From positions 8,933-72,932 of the forward strand of contig CAZTSL010000001.1 of the NCBI GenBank assembly GCA_964616915.1: a stretch of 64,000 nucleotides of DNA, written 5' to 3'. The position numbers and the translations under genes are program-made. The notes under the pieces were generated by a model that made no database searches, had not been told where the DNA came from, and was given only the letters and a program-made list of their open reading frames with translations. The stretch is from an uncultured bacterium (GTDB taxonomy: Bacteria > Myxococcota_A > CAZTSL01). Shown in pieces: positions 1-8,552 of this stretch; positions within the stretch are counted from its first letter, which is position 1; each line of letters begins with the position of its first letter.

Positions 1-92
1 GCGAACCGATTCGCAAGCCTCCCCTCCCGAACCGTGAAGAACCCCATGGGGGCACGGGTTTCCCTACGCCCCCGTTCGATGGAGAAACGACG

Positions 93-503
93 ATGTCCGA
101 CAAGATCGAAAAAACGGAAGCCGAATGGAAAGCCCTCCTCTCCGAGGAAGCCTTCGAGGTGACCCGGAAGAAGGGGACCGAACCCCCCTTCTCCGGCGAA
201 TACCATGCCACCAAGGAGAAGGGGATCTATCGCTGCGTCTGCTGCGGCAACGAACTCTTCACCTCGGAGACGAAGTACGACTCCGGCTCCGGATGGCCCA
301 GCTTCTGGCAACCGATCGCACTGGATCGGCTCCGCTTCGAAAGCGACACGAGCCATGGGATGACCCGCACCGAGGTCCTCTGCAAGCGGTGCGATGCCCA
401 TCTCGGGCACGTCTTCGACGATGGCCCCCCCCCCACCGGCAAACGCTACTGCATCAACTCCGTGGCACTCCGGCTCGACCGCGTGGAAAAGGCCGGAGAA
501 TGA
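93..503 (+). CDS. msrB: Peptide-methionine (R)-S-oxide reductase MsrB
   Basis: 136 aa with the SelR/MsrB fold motifs: two CxxC pairs (CVCCG...[12 protein letters not shown]) and the catalytic RYCINS motif. A Shine-Dalgarno-like sequence lies upstream. Confidence 0.9.
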   Translation: MSDKIEKTEAEWKALLSEEAFEVTRKKGTEPPFSGEYHATKEKGIYRCVCCGNELFTSETKYDSGSGWPSFWQPIALDRLRFESDTSHGMTRTEVLCKRCDAHLGHVFDDGPPPTGKRYCINSVALRLDRVEKAGE

Positions 504-739
504 ACTTCCTCCCCGGGAGTGGAAAAAAAATTCCCTTTTCTCCCTCCCTTTTTTCCCTGAGGATCGCAACCTCCTCTCCTCTCGATCTGCGCGAACACCC
601 ATCTCTCCAAAGAGACGTGGAAAGGGAGAAGAATTGGAGTGGGATTTGCAGAGACATCCCCCCGGGAGAAAGGCTCCGACCCCTTCCGGGAGCCGCCTGG
701 AAGGAGCCGGCCAACGATCGCACGCAAAGGGGATGGCAG

Positions 740-1336
740 ATGCGCCGAAAAGTGGGAGTTCTGATCGTGATCTTGCTCGTTGCGGGGAGTATGCTTCCCC
801 TCCTCCTTCGCCAGGCCGCTCGCACGTGGGAGGCACACCTCCTGGCCCAGCGGATCGATGCCGAACGAATCCAGATCCTCTCGATTCGTCTGAAGGTCGA
901 GGCCTACATTGCGCTCTACGAGGCGGTACCGACCCGGGCGCAACTGACGGATGCCTTCTTCCCGGACGGGTTTCCCGAGCGGTTCGGCTATCTCAAGGTG
1001 GAGGAGGCCCCGGCGCCGGAGACGGCCTCTCCGGTGAGCCGGGCGATGGGGTCGTTCGATGCGCTCTTCCTCCACACGATCGTGGCGCGTAACCCCGTGC
1101 GCGACCTCGCCCTCCCGATCGAGGATACCGGCGGCTCCTTCCCCCCCCGCTTTCAGATGTCGGTGGGGAAGGAGCAGGAGGCCGGGATCGCCTTCCTGAT
1201 CTACGGGAAGGATCGGATCGAAGATTCCTATCTCGTGGCCACCCGATACCTGGGTCCCGTTTTCCTCGAGGATCTCCCCGATCCGATCCGGGAGCGGCTC
1301 GAAGCACTGCGGGCACATGCAGGGGAGGGACGATGA
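740..1336 (+). CDS. Hypothetical membrane-anchored protein
   Basis: This is the in-frame ATG at 740 inside ORF 125..1336. The product starts MRRKVGVLIVILLVAGSMLPLLL, i.e. an N-terminal TM/signal anchor. The upstream part of the ORF overlaps msrB in another frame and is rejected. The stop overlaps the ilvA start (ATGA). Confidence 0.5.
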   Translation: MRRKVGVLIVILLVAGSMLPLLLRQAARTWEAHLLAQRIDAERIQILSIRLKVEAYIALYEAVPTRAQLTDAFFPDGFPERFGYLKVEEAPAPETASPVSRAMGSFDALFLHTIVARNPVRDLALPIEDTGGSFPPRFQMSVGKEQEAGIAFLIYGKDRIEDSYLVATRYLGPVFLEDLPDPIRERLEALRAHAGEGR

Positions 1337-2550
1337 AGGCACACCGTTCCCGCCTCGAGGCCGCGCGCGAGCGGATCGGCGACCGGATCAAACCCACCCC
1401 GATCGACCGTTCCGAGACCCTCTCCCGGCAACTCGGCGCCGACGTCCATCTCAAGATGGAACTCTTCCAGACGACCGGTTCCTTCAAACTGCGCGGTGCC
1501 TTCAATCGTCTCCTCCAGCTCTCCCCGGAGGCGGCCGCGGCCGGCGTGGTGACGACTTCGGCCGGAAACCATGCGCAGGCCCTGGCCAAGGCGGCCTCCG
1601 ATCTCGGGATGGCCGCTTACATCTTCATGCCGGAGACGACCCCCCTCGTCAAGATCGAAGCCACTCAGGGCTATGGCGCAGAGGTTCACCTCCACGGCAA
1701 GAGTTTCGAGGAGGCCTTCGAGGCGGCCGACCGTTTCGCCCGGGAACGGGGGAAGACCTACGTCCACGGCTTCGACGACTGGCAGATCGTCTATGGCGCG
1801 GGGAGCGTGGGTCTCGAAATCCTCGAGGCACTCCCCGACATCGATACCCTCCTCTGTCCGGTCGGAGGCGGGGGGCTCGTCTCCGGCGTCGCCCTGGCCG
1901 CAAAGAGCCACGATCCCTCGATCGAGATCGTGGGGGTCCAGTCGAGCCATGTGCCGGGAATGGCGGAATCGATCACCAGGGGAGAGCGGATCGAGGCGTT
2001 CTATCGCCCCACGATCGCCGAGGGGATCGCGATCAAACGCCCCGGCAAGATCAACTTCGAGATCTGCCGGAACCACGTCGATCGTTTCCTCCAGGTCGAT
2101 GACGACGCGATCGCGCAGGCGATCCTCTTTCTGATGGAGCGCTGCAAGGTCGTTGCCGAAGGTGCCGGCGCCGCCGCCCTGGCCCCCCTTCTGGTCGCCT
2201 CCAATCCCGCGCGATGGAAGGGGCGGAAGATCTGCGTCATCGTCAGCGGGGGGAACATCGACTTCCATACGATATCGAGCATCATCACCCGCGGGCTTTC
2301 CCGCTCCGGGCGCTTCCTCCAGTTCTCCGCCCATGTGCCCGACACGCCGGGCCATCTCAAGAAGCTCGTCGATGGGGTCTCCGCGGTCAAGGGGAACATC
2401 CTCGACATCACTCACGACCGCACCGCGCCCGATCTTCCGCTCGGCTACGTCAAGATCAACATCATCCTCGAGACGAGGAACAAGGCCCACGGCCAGCAGA
2501 TCGTCAGCGACCTCTCCCGTCTGGGATATCCGATCCGGGAGATCACCTGA
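1333..2550 (+). CDS. ilvA: Threonine ammonia-lyase (threonine dehydratase), PLP-dependent with C-terminal ACT-like regulatory domain
   Basis: 405 aa. It has the PLP-lysine motif (GSFKLRGA) and the glycine-rich loop (VGGGGL) of the Trp-synthase-beta-superfamily fold, plus a C-terminal regulatory domain (FLQFSAHVPDTPGHL...). Confidence 0.85.
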   Translation: MKAHRSRLEAARERIGDRIKPTPIDRSETLSRQLGADVHLKMELFQTTGSFKLRGAFNRLLQLSPEAAAAGVVTTSAGNHAQALAKAASDLGMAAYIFMPETTPLVKIEATQGYGAEVHLHGKSFEEAFEAADRFARERGKTYVHGFDDWQIVYGAGSVGLEILEALPDIDTLLCPVGGGGLVSGVALAAKSHDPSIEIVGVQSSHVPGMAESITRGERIEAFYRPTIAEGIAIKRPGKINFEICRNHVDRFLQVDDDAIAQAILFLMERCKVVAEGAGAAALAPLLVASNPARWKGRKICVIVSGGNIDFHTISSIITRGLSRSGRFLQFSAHVPDTPGHLKKLVDGVSAVKGNILDITHDRTAPDLPLGYVKINIILETRNKAHGQQIVSDLSRLGYPIREIT

Positions 2551-3685
2551 CGCCGAATTCCTCGAAGATCCGATCGACGATTCGCTCCGCGGCCTTTCCA
2601 TCCCAGAGGGGGGGGCGCTCGCCCCGCTTCCATTTGCCGGCAAGCACGCGGTCGGCCGCATCGACGATCCGTTCGGGATCGGTGCCCACGATCTCGTTCG
2701 TGCCGAGGGTGACGGTGACGGGGCGCTCGGTGTTCTCCCGGAGCGTGATGCATGGCACCCCGAGGATGGTCGCCTCCTCCTGGAGGCCCCCCGAATCGGT
2801 GAGGACCATCTTCGCGTCCCGTTGCAATCGAAGCATCTCGTGATAATCGAGGGGAGGGGTCGTCCAGATCCCTTTGGTGGGCGCGTTCGCCGAGAGATCG
2901 TCGGGGAGGGGGGGGAACTTTTCCTGGAGCCCGAAGCGTTCCACCTGCTTTCGCGTCCGGGGATGGATCGGAAAGACGATCGGAATCCGGGTGGCGATCT
3001 CTTCGAGTGCCCCGAGGATCCGCAGGAAGGTCTCCCGGTCGTCCACGTTGCTCGGCCGGTGGAGCGTCAGCGCGGCGTACGCCCCGAGCCCCTCGAAGCG
3101 GGTGATCCGATCCACCTTGGGAAGCTGCTCGAGGAGCGTATCGATCATGACGTTGCCCACGAAGAAGATCCGCTCCCGCGGGATCCCTTCCCGGGCCAGA
3201 TTCTCGTTGGCCTCCGGGTCGGTCGTGAAGAGGTAGTCGCAGAGGATGTCCGTGACCATCCGGTTGATCTCTTCGGGCATCCGCATGTCCCGGCTCCGAA
3301 GCCCCGCCTCCACGTGGGCACAGGGGATCCAGAGCTTGCGGGCCGTCACCGTGCAGGCGAGCGTGGAGTTCACATCCCCCACGACGACCACGAGATCGGG
3401 TGATTCCTGCAAGAGGACCTTCTCGAAGGCGATCATCACCCGCCCCGTCTGCTCCGCGTGGCTCCCCGAACCGACCCCGAGATCGATGTCGGGGTAGGGG
3501 ATCCCGAGCTTGTCGAAGAAGGCCGCCGACATCGCCCGGTCGTAGTGTTGCCCCGTATGCACGAGGAGCGTCTCCACGGCCGCTCCTCCCTCCCGGCGCC
3601 GCCGTAGTTCCTCCATGATCGGGGCGATCTTCATGAAGTTCGGCCGGGCGCCGACGACATTGAGGAGTTTCATCATCCCTCCCAC
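2543..3685 (-). CDS. wecB: UDP-N-acetylglucosamine 2-epimerase (non-hydrolysing)
   Basis: 380 aa with the Epimerase_2 family signature (LLVHTGQHYD, GDVNSTLA, HVEAGLRS, TDSGGLQEEA). It is convergent with ilvA (8-nt overlap). The start may be an internal Met (MMKLLNV). Confidence 0.85.
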   Translation of the reverse strand: MGGMMKLLNVVGARPNFMKIAPIMEELRRRREGGAAVETLLVHTGQHYDRAMSAAFFDKLGIPYPDIDLGVGSGSHAEQTGRVMIAFEKVLLQESPDLVVVVGDVNSTLACTVTARKLWIPCAHVEAGLRSRDMRMPEEINRMVTDILCDYLFTTDPEANENLAREGIPRERIFFVGNVMIDTLLEQLPKVDRITRFEGLGAYAALTLHRPSNVDDRETFLRILGALEEIATRIPIVFPIHPRTRKQVERFGLQEKFPPLPDDLSANAPTKGIWTTPPLDYHEMLRLQRDAKMVLTDSGGLQEEATILGVPCITLRENTERPVTVTLGTNEIVGTDPERIVDAADRVLAGKWKRGERPPLWDGKAAERIVDRIFEEFGVR

Positions 3686-3806
3686 GAGACGCCGCTTCCG
3701 CCCGATCGGAAGTCAGGATCGTCTCGAATCGGGGCGCATTATAGAGGCCGCCCTGCTCCCCGTCAACCCCGCCGCGCCGGAGAGGAACGGAGGGGGAAAG
3801 GAAGAA

Positions 3807-3836
3807 TTGACATCCTGCCGTCCTTTCCTTTACGCT
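3807..3836 (+). promoter_or_regulatory. Putative sigma-70 promoter upstream of zorA
   Basis: TTGACA (3807-3812), a 17-18 nt spacer, then tacgct (TA...T) at about 3831-3836. It sits in the 178-bp wecB/zorA intergenic region, about 30 nt upstream of the zorA Shine-Dalgarno sequence. Confidence 0.35.
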
Positions 3837-3863
3837 GGAGAGAACGTTTCAGATGGAGGAGGT

Positions 3864-6239
3864 ATGATCGTCCTGGAAGTACTCAAGTGGCTGGTCGAAC
3901 CGGGGCCGGGGGAAGGGCTCACGAGGAACTTCATCCTGGCCATCGCCCTCTATCTCCTCCTCTCGAGCCTCTGGTTCTTCTGGAAGACCGATTCCCTTCG
4001 CCAGCGCGTCGAGCGGCTCCTTCGGAACGCGGAGGGAGAGGAAGGGGCAAGGGGGAAGGGTGACCTCGATCGGGAATACACACCGCCAGAGATCGACGAG
4101 TTCCTCGACAGATTCGCTACGGCCTTCGAGACGGCAGGCAACCCTCTCACTCCCCTGTGGCGGGAATACACCGCAACCTTCCTTCGAGAAGCGCGGAAAA
4201 CCACGCACGATGCCCGAAACTACTTCGATGTGACGCGTCTTCTCAGCGTCTCCATGGACCTGCGCTACTGGTTCGCGCTCCCCGGCCTCTTCGTGGGGGT
4301 CGGCGTCCTGGGGACCTTCGTCGGTCTGACCTGGGGGCTCTCCGACTTCCAAGTCGGCAACGACGTCATGATCCGGGAGAGCATCGGCAATCTTCTGCGT
4401 GGGATGAAGACCGCCTTCGGGACCTCGATTGCCGGCATGCTCTCCTCGATCCTCTTCTCCCTCCTCGAAAAGACGATGGTCCGGAGGGTCGAAAGGAGGA
4501 GCCAGGCCCTCGTCGAGCGCTTGAACGCAACCTTCCTCCTCACCGAGGAGGCCGCTGCGGCCTGGCAGGAGGAACGCCTCGCGGACCGGATCGATACGAT
4601 CCTCTCCCGCCACCTCTCCGTGACCGCCCGAACGAAGGGTGGAGAGGAGATCGAGCTTCCGATCGGCAGGATCCTCCGGAAACTCCTCGACGAGGCGGAA
4701 GAGGTGCGAGCCGCGATCAAGAGCTTCTCCACCGATCTTGCCGAGGGGATCATGCTCTCTACCGAGACGATCCATGCACTGGGAGATCGGCTCCGGGATG
4801 CCGTCGGAGAAGCTTTTGGCGAATCGTTCGGTCCCCTCTTCGAAGAGATGAAGCGGATCCTCGCAAAGATCGAAGAAACCGGCATGCAGAGCAACGCCCA
4901 CCTCGTCGAACGGCTCGAAAGGGAACTCTCGAACATCCTCCAGGAGATCGGGAAGGGGGTCGAGGAGATCTTCTCGACGAGGATGGCCGAATCGCTCGAA
5001 AGGATCGCTCACATCGTCGAGACCTCCACCGGCCAGCTCGATCGCCTCCCGCAGCGGGTCGATGAGACGCTCCAGGAGATGACGGCCGAACGCAAACGGG
5101 CCCATGCGCTCTTCTCCGAGACGGTCCACTCGATGCAGACGGCCAACGAGCAGCAGATCGCCACCACCCGCTCGCTGCTCAAAGGCGTCTTCTCCGCCAC
5201 CCGCCAGGAACTCCAGCGACAGACGGAGACCTTCGCCGGGATGGCCAAGGGCTTCGAGACGACCGCGCAACAACGACTCCAGCGCCAGGAGGAGGCCCTC
5301 TCCGCTTTCCTCGCCCGCTTCACCGAAGAGGTCGAGGAGGCCCGTCGGGCGCAACAGCTCCTCTTCGAGGAGGGGACGAAACGGTTCCAGACAGGGATGC
5401 GTGAGAGCTTCCAGAACTTCGAGGAGGGGATCGAGGAGATCCTCTCGGAGCGCATGACGGAACCCCTCGAAAAGATCGTCGCGGCCGCGGAGCGCTCGAC
5501 ACACTTGCTCGAACGGCTCCCCGCGCAACTGCAAGCGTCCCAGGAGACGATCGCGGCCCACATCGAGGGGCTGCGAGAGAGTGGCGAGATCTTCGAACGA
5601 CGGCTTCATGAAAGCGCCGAGCGCCTCGAAGGGACACTCACCCGCTTCACCGAACGGACGGAGGAGGAGATCGAACGGGCCGAAGGGATGCACGCGCGTC
5701 TCCTTGCCGGAATGCGCGCCGAGATCGAGGCCGTCCGCGCGACGCTCGCGCAGCACCGGGAACATCTCGAATCCGCTGGAAAGCTGACCGCAGGAATGAA
5801 CGACATCCTCTCCGGGTTGCACGAAGGCATCGGCACCCTCGACCGATGCGCAACGGCCTTCTCCTCCCATGCCACGACCGTCGAGGAGAGCGGCAACCGG
5901 CTCATCGACACGCTCGAGACCTTCCAGAAGGGAAGCGTCCAGGCCACAGAGCGGCTCCATGACGTTCTGGCGAAGATCGAGCAATCCCTCGAAGACACGA
6001 CGAAACTCCACGAACGCGTGACCCACGACTTCTTCACCATCCGGGAGGGACTCTCCGGCATCTTCGAGGAGATCGAGCAGGGGCTCGGCCGTTACCAGGA
6101 GACGACCCGGGATTCGCTCAACCAGTACCTCCGCGACTTTGCGGAGAACCTTTCCCAGGCGGCCGACAGACTCAAGAGCATGGTCGAAGAATTGAGCGAA
6201 CTGCTGGAAGATGTCGTCGAAATGAAGGAGCAGCGCTGA
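3864..6239 (+). CDS. zorA: Zorya anti-phage defence protein ZorA (MotA/ExbB/TolQ-like proton-channel subunit with long coiled-coil tail)
   Basis: The ATG at 3864 is preceded by GGAGGAGG. The N-terminal ~230 aa have three TM helices with MotA/TolQ/ExbB-type motifs (LPGLFVGVGVLGTFVGLTWGL; TAFGTSIAGMLSSILFSLLEK). They are followed by a ~560-aa tail rich in E/R/L/A heptad-like sequence. The stop overlaps the zorB start (ATGA). The reading frame 5' of 3864 overlaps wecB and is rejected. Confidence 0.8.
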   Translation: MIVLEVLKWLVEPGPGEGLTRNFILAIALYLLLSSLWFFWKTDSLRQRVERLLRNAEGEEGARGKGDLDREYTPPEIDEFLDRFATAFETAGNPLTPLWREYTATFLREARKTTHDARNYFDVTRLLSVSMDLRYWFALPGLFVGVGVLGTFVGLTWGLSDFQVGNDVMIRESIGNLLRGMKTAFGTSIAGMLSSILFSLLEKTMVRRVERRSQALVERLNATFLLTEEAAAAWQEERLADRIDTILSRHLSVTARTKGGEEIELPIGRILRKLLDEAEEVRAAIKSFSTDLAEGIMLSTETIHALGDRLRDAVGEAFGESFGPLFEEMKRILAKIEETGMQSNAHLVERLERELSNILQEIGKGVEEIFSTRMAESLERIAHIVETSTGQLDRLPQRVDETLQEMTAERKRAHALFSETVHSMQTANEQQIATTRSLLKGVFSATRQELQRQTETFAGMAKGFETTAQQRLQRQEEALSAFLARFTEEVEEARRAQQLLFEEGTKRFQTGMRESFQNFEEGIEEILSERMTEPLEKIVAAAERSTHLLERLPAQLQASQETIAAHIEGLRESGEIFERRLHESAERLEGTLTRFTERTEEEIERAEGMHARLLAGMRAEIEAVRATLAQHREHLESAGKLTAGMNDILSGLHEGIGTLDRCATAFSSHATTVEESGNRLIDTLETFQKGSVQATERLHDVLAKIEQSLEDTTKLHERVTHDFFTIREGLSGIFEEIEQGLGRYQETTRDSLNQYLRDFAENLSQAADRLKSMVEELSELLEDVVEMKEQR

Positions 6240-7075
6240 TGCGTCCACCGTTCCTTCGGGCCGTACCGACGGAGGAGAACCCCTTCGCGCTTTCGGTCGG
6301 GGATCTCATGGCCGCGCTCCTCCTCATCTTCATCCTCCTCCTCTCGAGCACGCTGCTGCGCCTCGAAAAGGAGTTCCAGCGGAAACGGGAGGAGACCGAG
6401 GCGGTGAAGCGGGCCGCGGAGCAGATCCAGGCGATCGCACAGACCTACAAGCGGCTCAAGGAGGATCTCTACGAGGATCTCTACCGCGAGTTCGCCAAGG
6501 ATCTCGAGCGGTGGGACGCGGTGATCGACCAGAAGACGCTCTCTGTGCGCTTCCGGGAGCCGGAGGTCCTCTTCGGGGTCGGGGACGCGCGCCTCAAACC
6601 GAGGTTCAAGGAGATCCTTCGTGATTTCTTTCCCCGTTACATCGGGATCCTCCTCCAGGAGGCGTACCGCGACAATATCGAGGAGATCCGGATCGAGGGG
6701 CATACCTCGAGCGAGTGGAACCGCCATGTCTCCTCCGATCTCGCCTACATCTACAACATGCGCCTCTCCCAGGATCGAACCCGCAGCGTCCTCTCCTTCT
6801 GCCTCGACCTCCTCTCCGGCGCGCGACGGGAATGGGCGAGAAGCAAGATCACGGCCAACGGCCTCTCCTTCAGCAAACGGATCCTCCGGGATGGCGTGGA
6901 GGACAAGAAGGCCTCCCGCCGGGTCGAGTTCCGGGTGCGCACCGACGCGGAACGGCAAATCGGCGAGATCCTGGGGATCGGTTTCCCCTCGGGAAAGACC
7001 CACGGCATCCCCCCTGGCCGCGGGGGGGGAGAGGGCCAGCGCGGGAATGCCGAAACGAGGAGAACGCAACCTTGA
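6239..7075 (+). CDS. zorB: Zorya protein ZorB (MotB-like TM anchor plus OmpA-like peptidoglycan-binding domain)
   Basis: 278 aa. It has an N-terminal TM helice (LMAALLLIFILLLSSTLL) and a conserved Asp in the plug region (SVGDLMA). The OmpA-like core carries IRIEGHTSSEW ... NMRLSQDRTRSVLSF (GHTD..G / N..LS..RA..V signature). It is translationally coupled to zorA. Confidence 0.8.
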   Translation: MRPPFLRAVPTEENPFALSVGDLMAALLLIFILLLSSTLLRLEKEFQRKREETEAVKRAAEQIQAIAQTYKRLKEDLYEDLYREFAKDLERWDAVIDQKTLSVRFREPEVLFGVGDARLKPRFKEILRDFFPRYIGILLQEAYRDNIEEIRIEGHTSSEWNRHVSSDLAYIYNMRLSQDRTRSVLSFCLDLLSGARREWARSKITANGLSFSKRILRDGVEDKKASRRVEFRVRTDAERQIGEILGIGFPSGKTHGIPPGRGGGEGQRGNAETRRTQP

Positions 7076-8529
7076 AGCCGGGCAAAGAACGTGATCGGGT
7101 CGAGGCGGCGAAACGATCGCTCTCCTTCTCCTTCTCGGCGGCATCCTTCCCCCTTGCCGCCCGGGGGATGATCGAGAAGGAGACCGAACGGGTGCTCGCC
7201 GAGCAGAAGCGAAGACTCGTGCGAATCAGCGGTGATGCCCGGGATCTCGGTCGCCCCGACGCCTCCCGGATGGCGGAGACCTGCCGGCGTTTCTTCCTCC
7301 ATGCTCCCCTGGGGGAGGCGGCGATCTTTCGGGCGTTCGATTCCCGGCGTCAGGTGAGGCGGTTGGCCTGGGCGCTCCCCTACCGGCTCGGCGAGAAACC
7401 TTCGATCGCCGAGTCCCCCCATCTTGCGCTCGCCCTCTCCCTGATCGAACGCCACTGGCGGAATCGCCTGATCGCTCCGCTCCGCTTTGCCCTTCTGCGC
7501 TACTGGCGCTCCCTCCCCCGGGAGAACGGAGCGCGGCTGCGCGCCCTCCTGCACGCCAGGGGGAGGAGGAAGCTGGGGGAACGGATCGTCTTCTTCACCG
7601 CCGAGGCGGGCCCTGAGCTGGCGGCCCGTTTCCTCCTCGAGAAGGAGGTTCCCCTCGATCGGGGGATGGAATACCTCGACATCTCCGATTCCCTGCGGGA
7701 CAGTGAGTACTTCCAGCACTTCCTCTTCGCCTATACGGAGAGGGCGATGAAGGGAAAGAACCCCCTGCGGCACGCAGGCGAGATCCTCGACTTCCTCGAA
7801 GGGGTGAAGAAGAGAGAAGTCGTCCGTCGCGGCATTGCGCCCCTCGTCGTGGGGTGTGAAGCGCTTCCCCCCCTTGCCCCCCTGAAAGGGCGGATCGAAC
7901 GCCTCTTCCGCAGCGAGATCGGCGACCCGATCGATCCGGTCGCCTGCCGCCCCTGGCCGGACGCCACGCCGGCGGAGCGCAAGAGGTGGGAGGAGGCCTG
8001 CCGCATCGTCAAGGGGTGGATCACCCAGAACTTCATCGAGCGCTTCTTCGACAAGATCGTGGTCGATGCGGATCGAAAGGCCTTCTGGCTGCGCTACATC
8101 GATGCCATCGAGCGCTTCAAGCTCTACGTGAACGAGGGAGAACGGTATCATCTCCAACACGATCCCACCCTTGCTCCTTACTTCGAGTCCCGCGTCGGCA
8201 GGCTCGCGGGGAGGCAGCAGAACGCGATCCTGATCCAGATCGATGACTACCTCTTCGTCGAGTTCGCCAAGACAGGGGACGCCTGTTACGTCTATTTCAT
8301 CCCGAACGGCAACGCTCCTTCCCTGGAGAAGGAAACATACTCGATCCATGCCCTCAAATCCCGCAGACTCATGGACCAGGGCAACGCTTTCCTCGATCCG
8401 GCATGCTGGGGGATCAACGGCCTGGAAGGGAAGGTGAATCATCATTCTGGATGGCAATGGCGGTTCGATCGGTGGTTCCGGGAATACCTCGGGATCGAGC
8501 CCCGGCAGAGGGGAAAGGCGAGACGCTGA
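7072..8529 (+). CDS. zorC: Candidate Zorya protein ZorC (third gene of the operon; start uncertain: TTG 7072 or ATG 7168)
   Basis: A single long ORF in operon position 3, coupled to the zorB stop (TTGA overlap at 7072-7075) with an alternative ATG at 7168. It is an arginine-rich 453-485-aa protein with no motif I recognise directly. The assignment is by synteny with type I Zorya, where ZorC carries an EH-signature domain. Confidence 0.5.
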   Translation: MKPGKERDRVEAAKRSLSFSFSAASFPLAARGMIEKETERVLAEQKRRLVRISGDARDLGRPDASRMAETCRRFFLHAPLGEAAIFRAFDSRRQVRRLAWALPYRLGEKPSIAESPHLALALSLIERHWRNRLIAPLRFALLRYWRSLPRENGARLRALLHARGRRKLGERIVFFTAEAGPELAARFLLEKEVPLDRGMEYLDISDSLRDSEYFQHFLFAYTERAMKGKNPLRHAGEILDFLEGVKKREVVRRGIAPLVVGCEALPPLAPLKGRIERLFRSEIGDPIDPVACRPWPDATPAERKRWEEACRIVKGWITQNFIERFFDKIVVDADRKAFWLRYIDAIERFKLYVNEGERYHLQHDPTLAPYFESRVGRLAGRQQNAILIQIDDYLFVEFAKTGDACYVYFIPNGNAPSLEKETYSIHALKSRRLMDQGNAFLDPACWGINGLEGKVNHHSGWQWRFDRWFREYLGIEPRQRGKARR

Positions 8530-8552
8530 GGGGGAGAGAGGAGTCCATCGGA

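Noticed and set aside
125-1336. 403-aa ORF overlapping msrB
   Set aside because: The first 205 codons are in an alternate frame of the motif-validated msrB gene. Only the part from the ATG at 740 (TM anchor onward) is plausibly coding.
3615-3863. Upstream extension of the zorA reading frame
   Set aside because: It overlaps the wecB coding region on the opposite strand. A strong GGAGGAGG ribosome-binding site precedes the ATG at 3864, where the MotA-like sequence begins.
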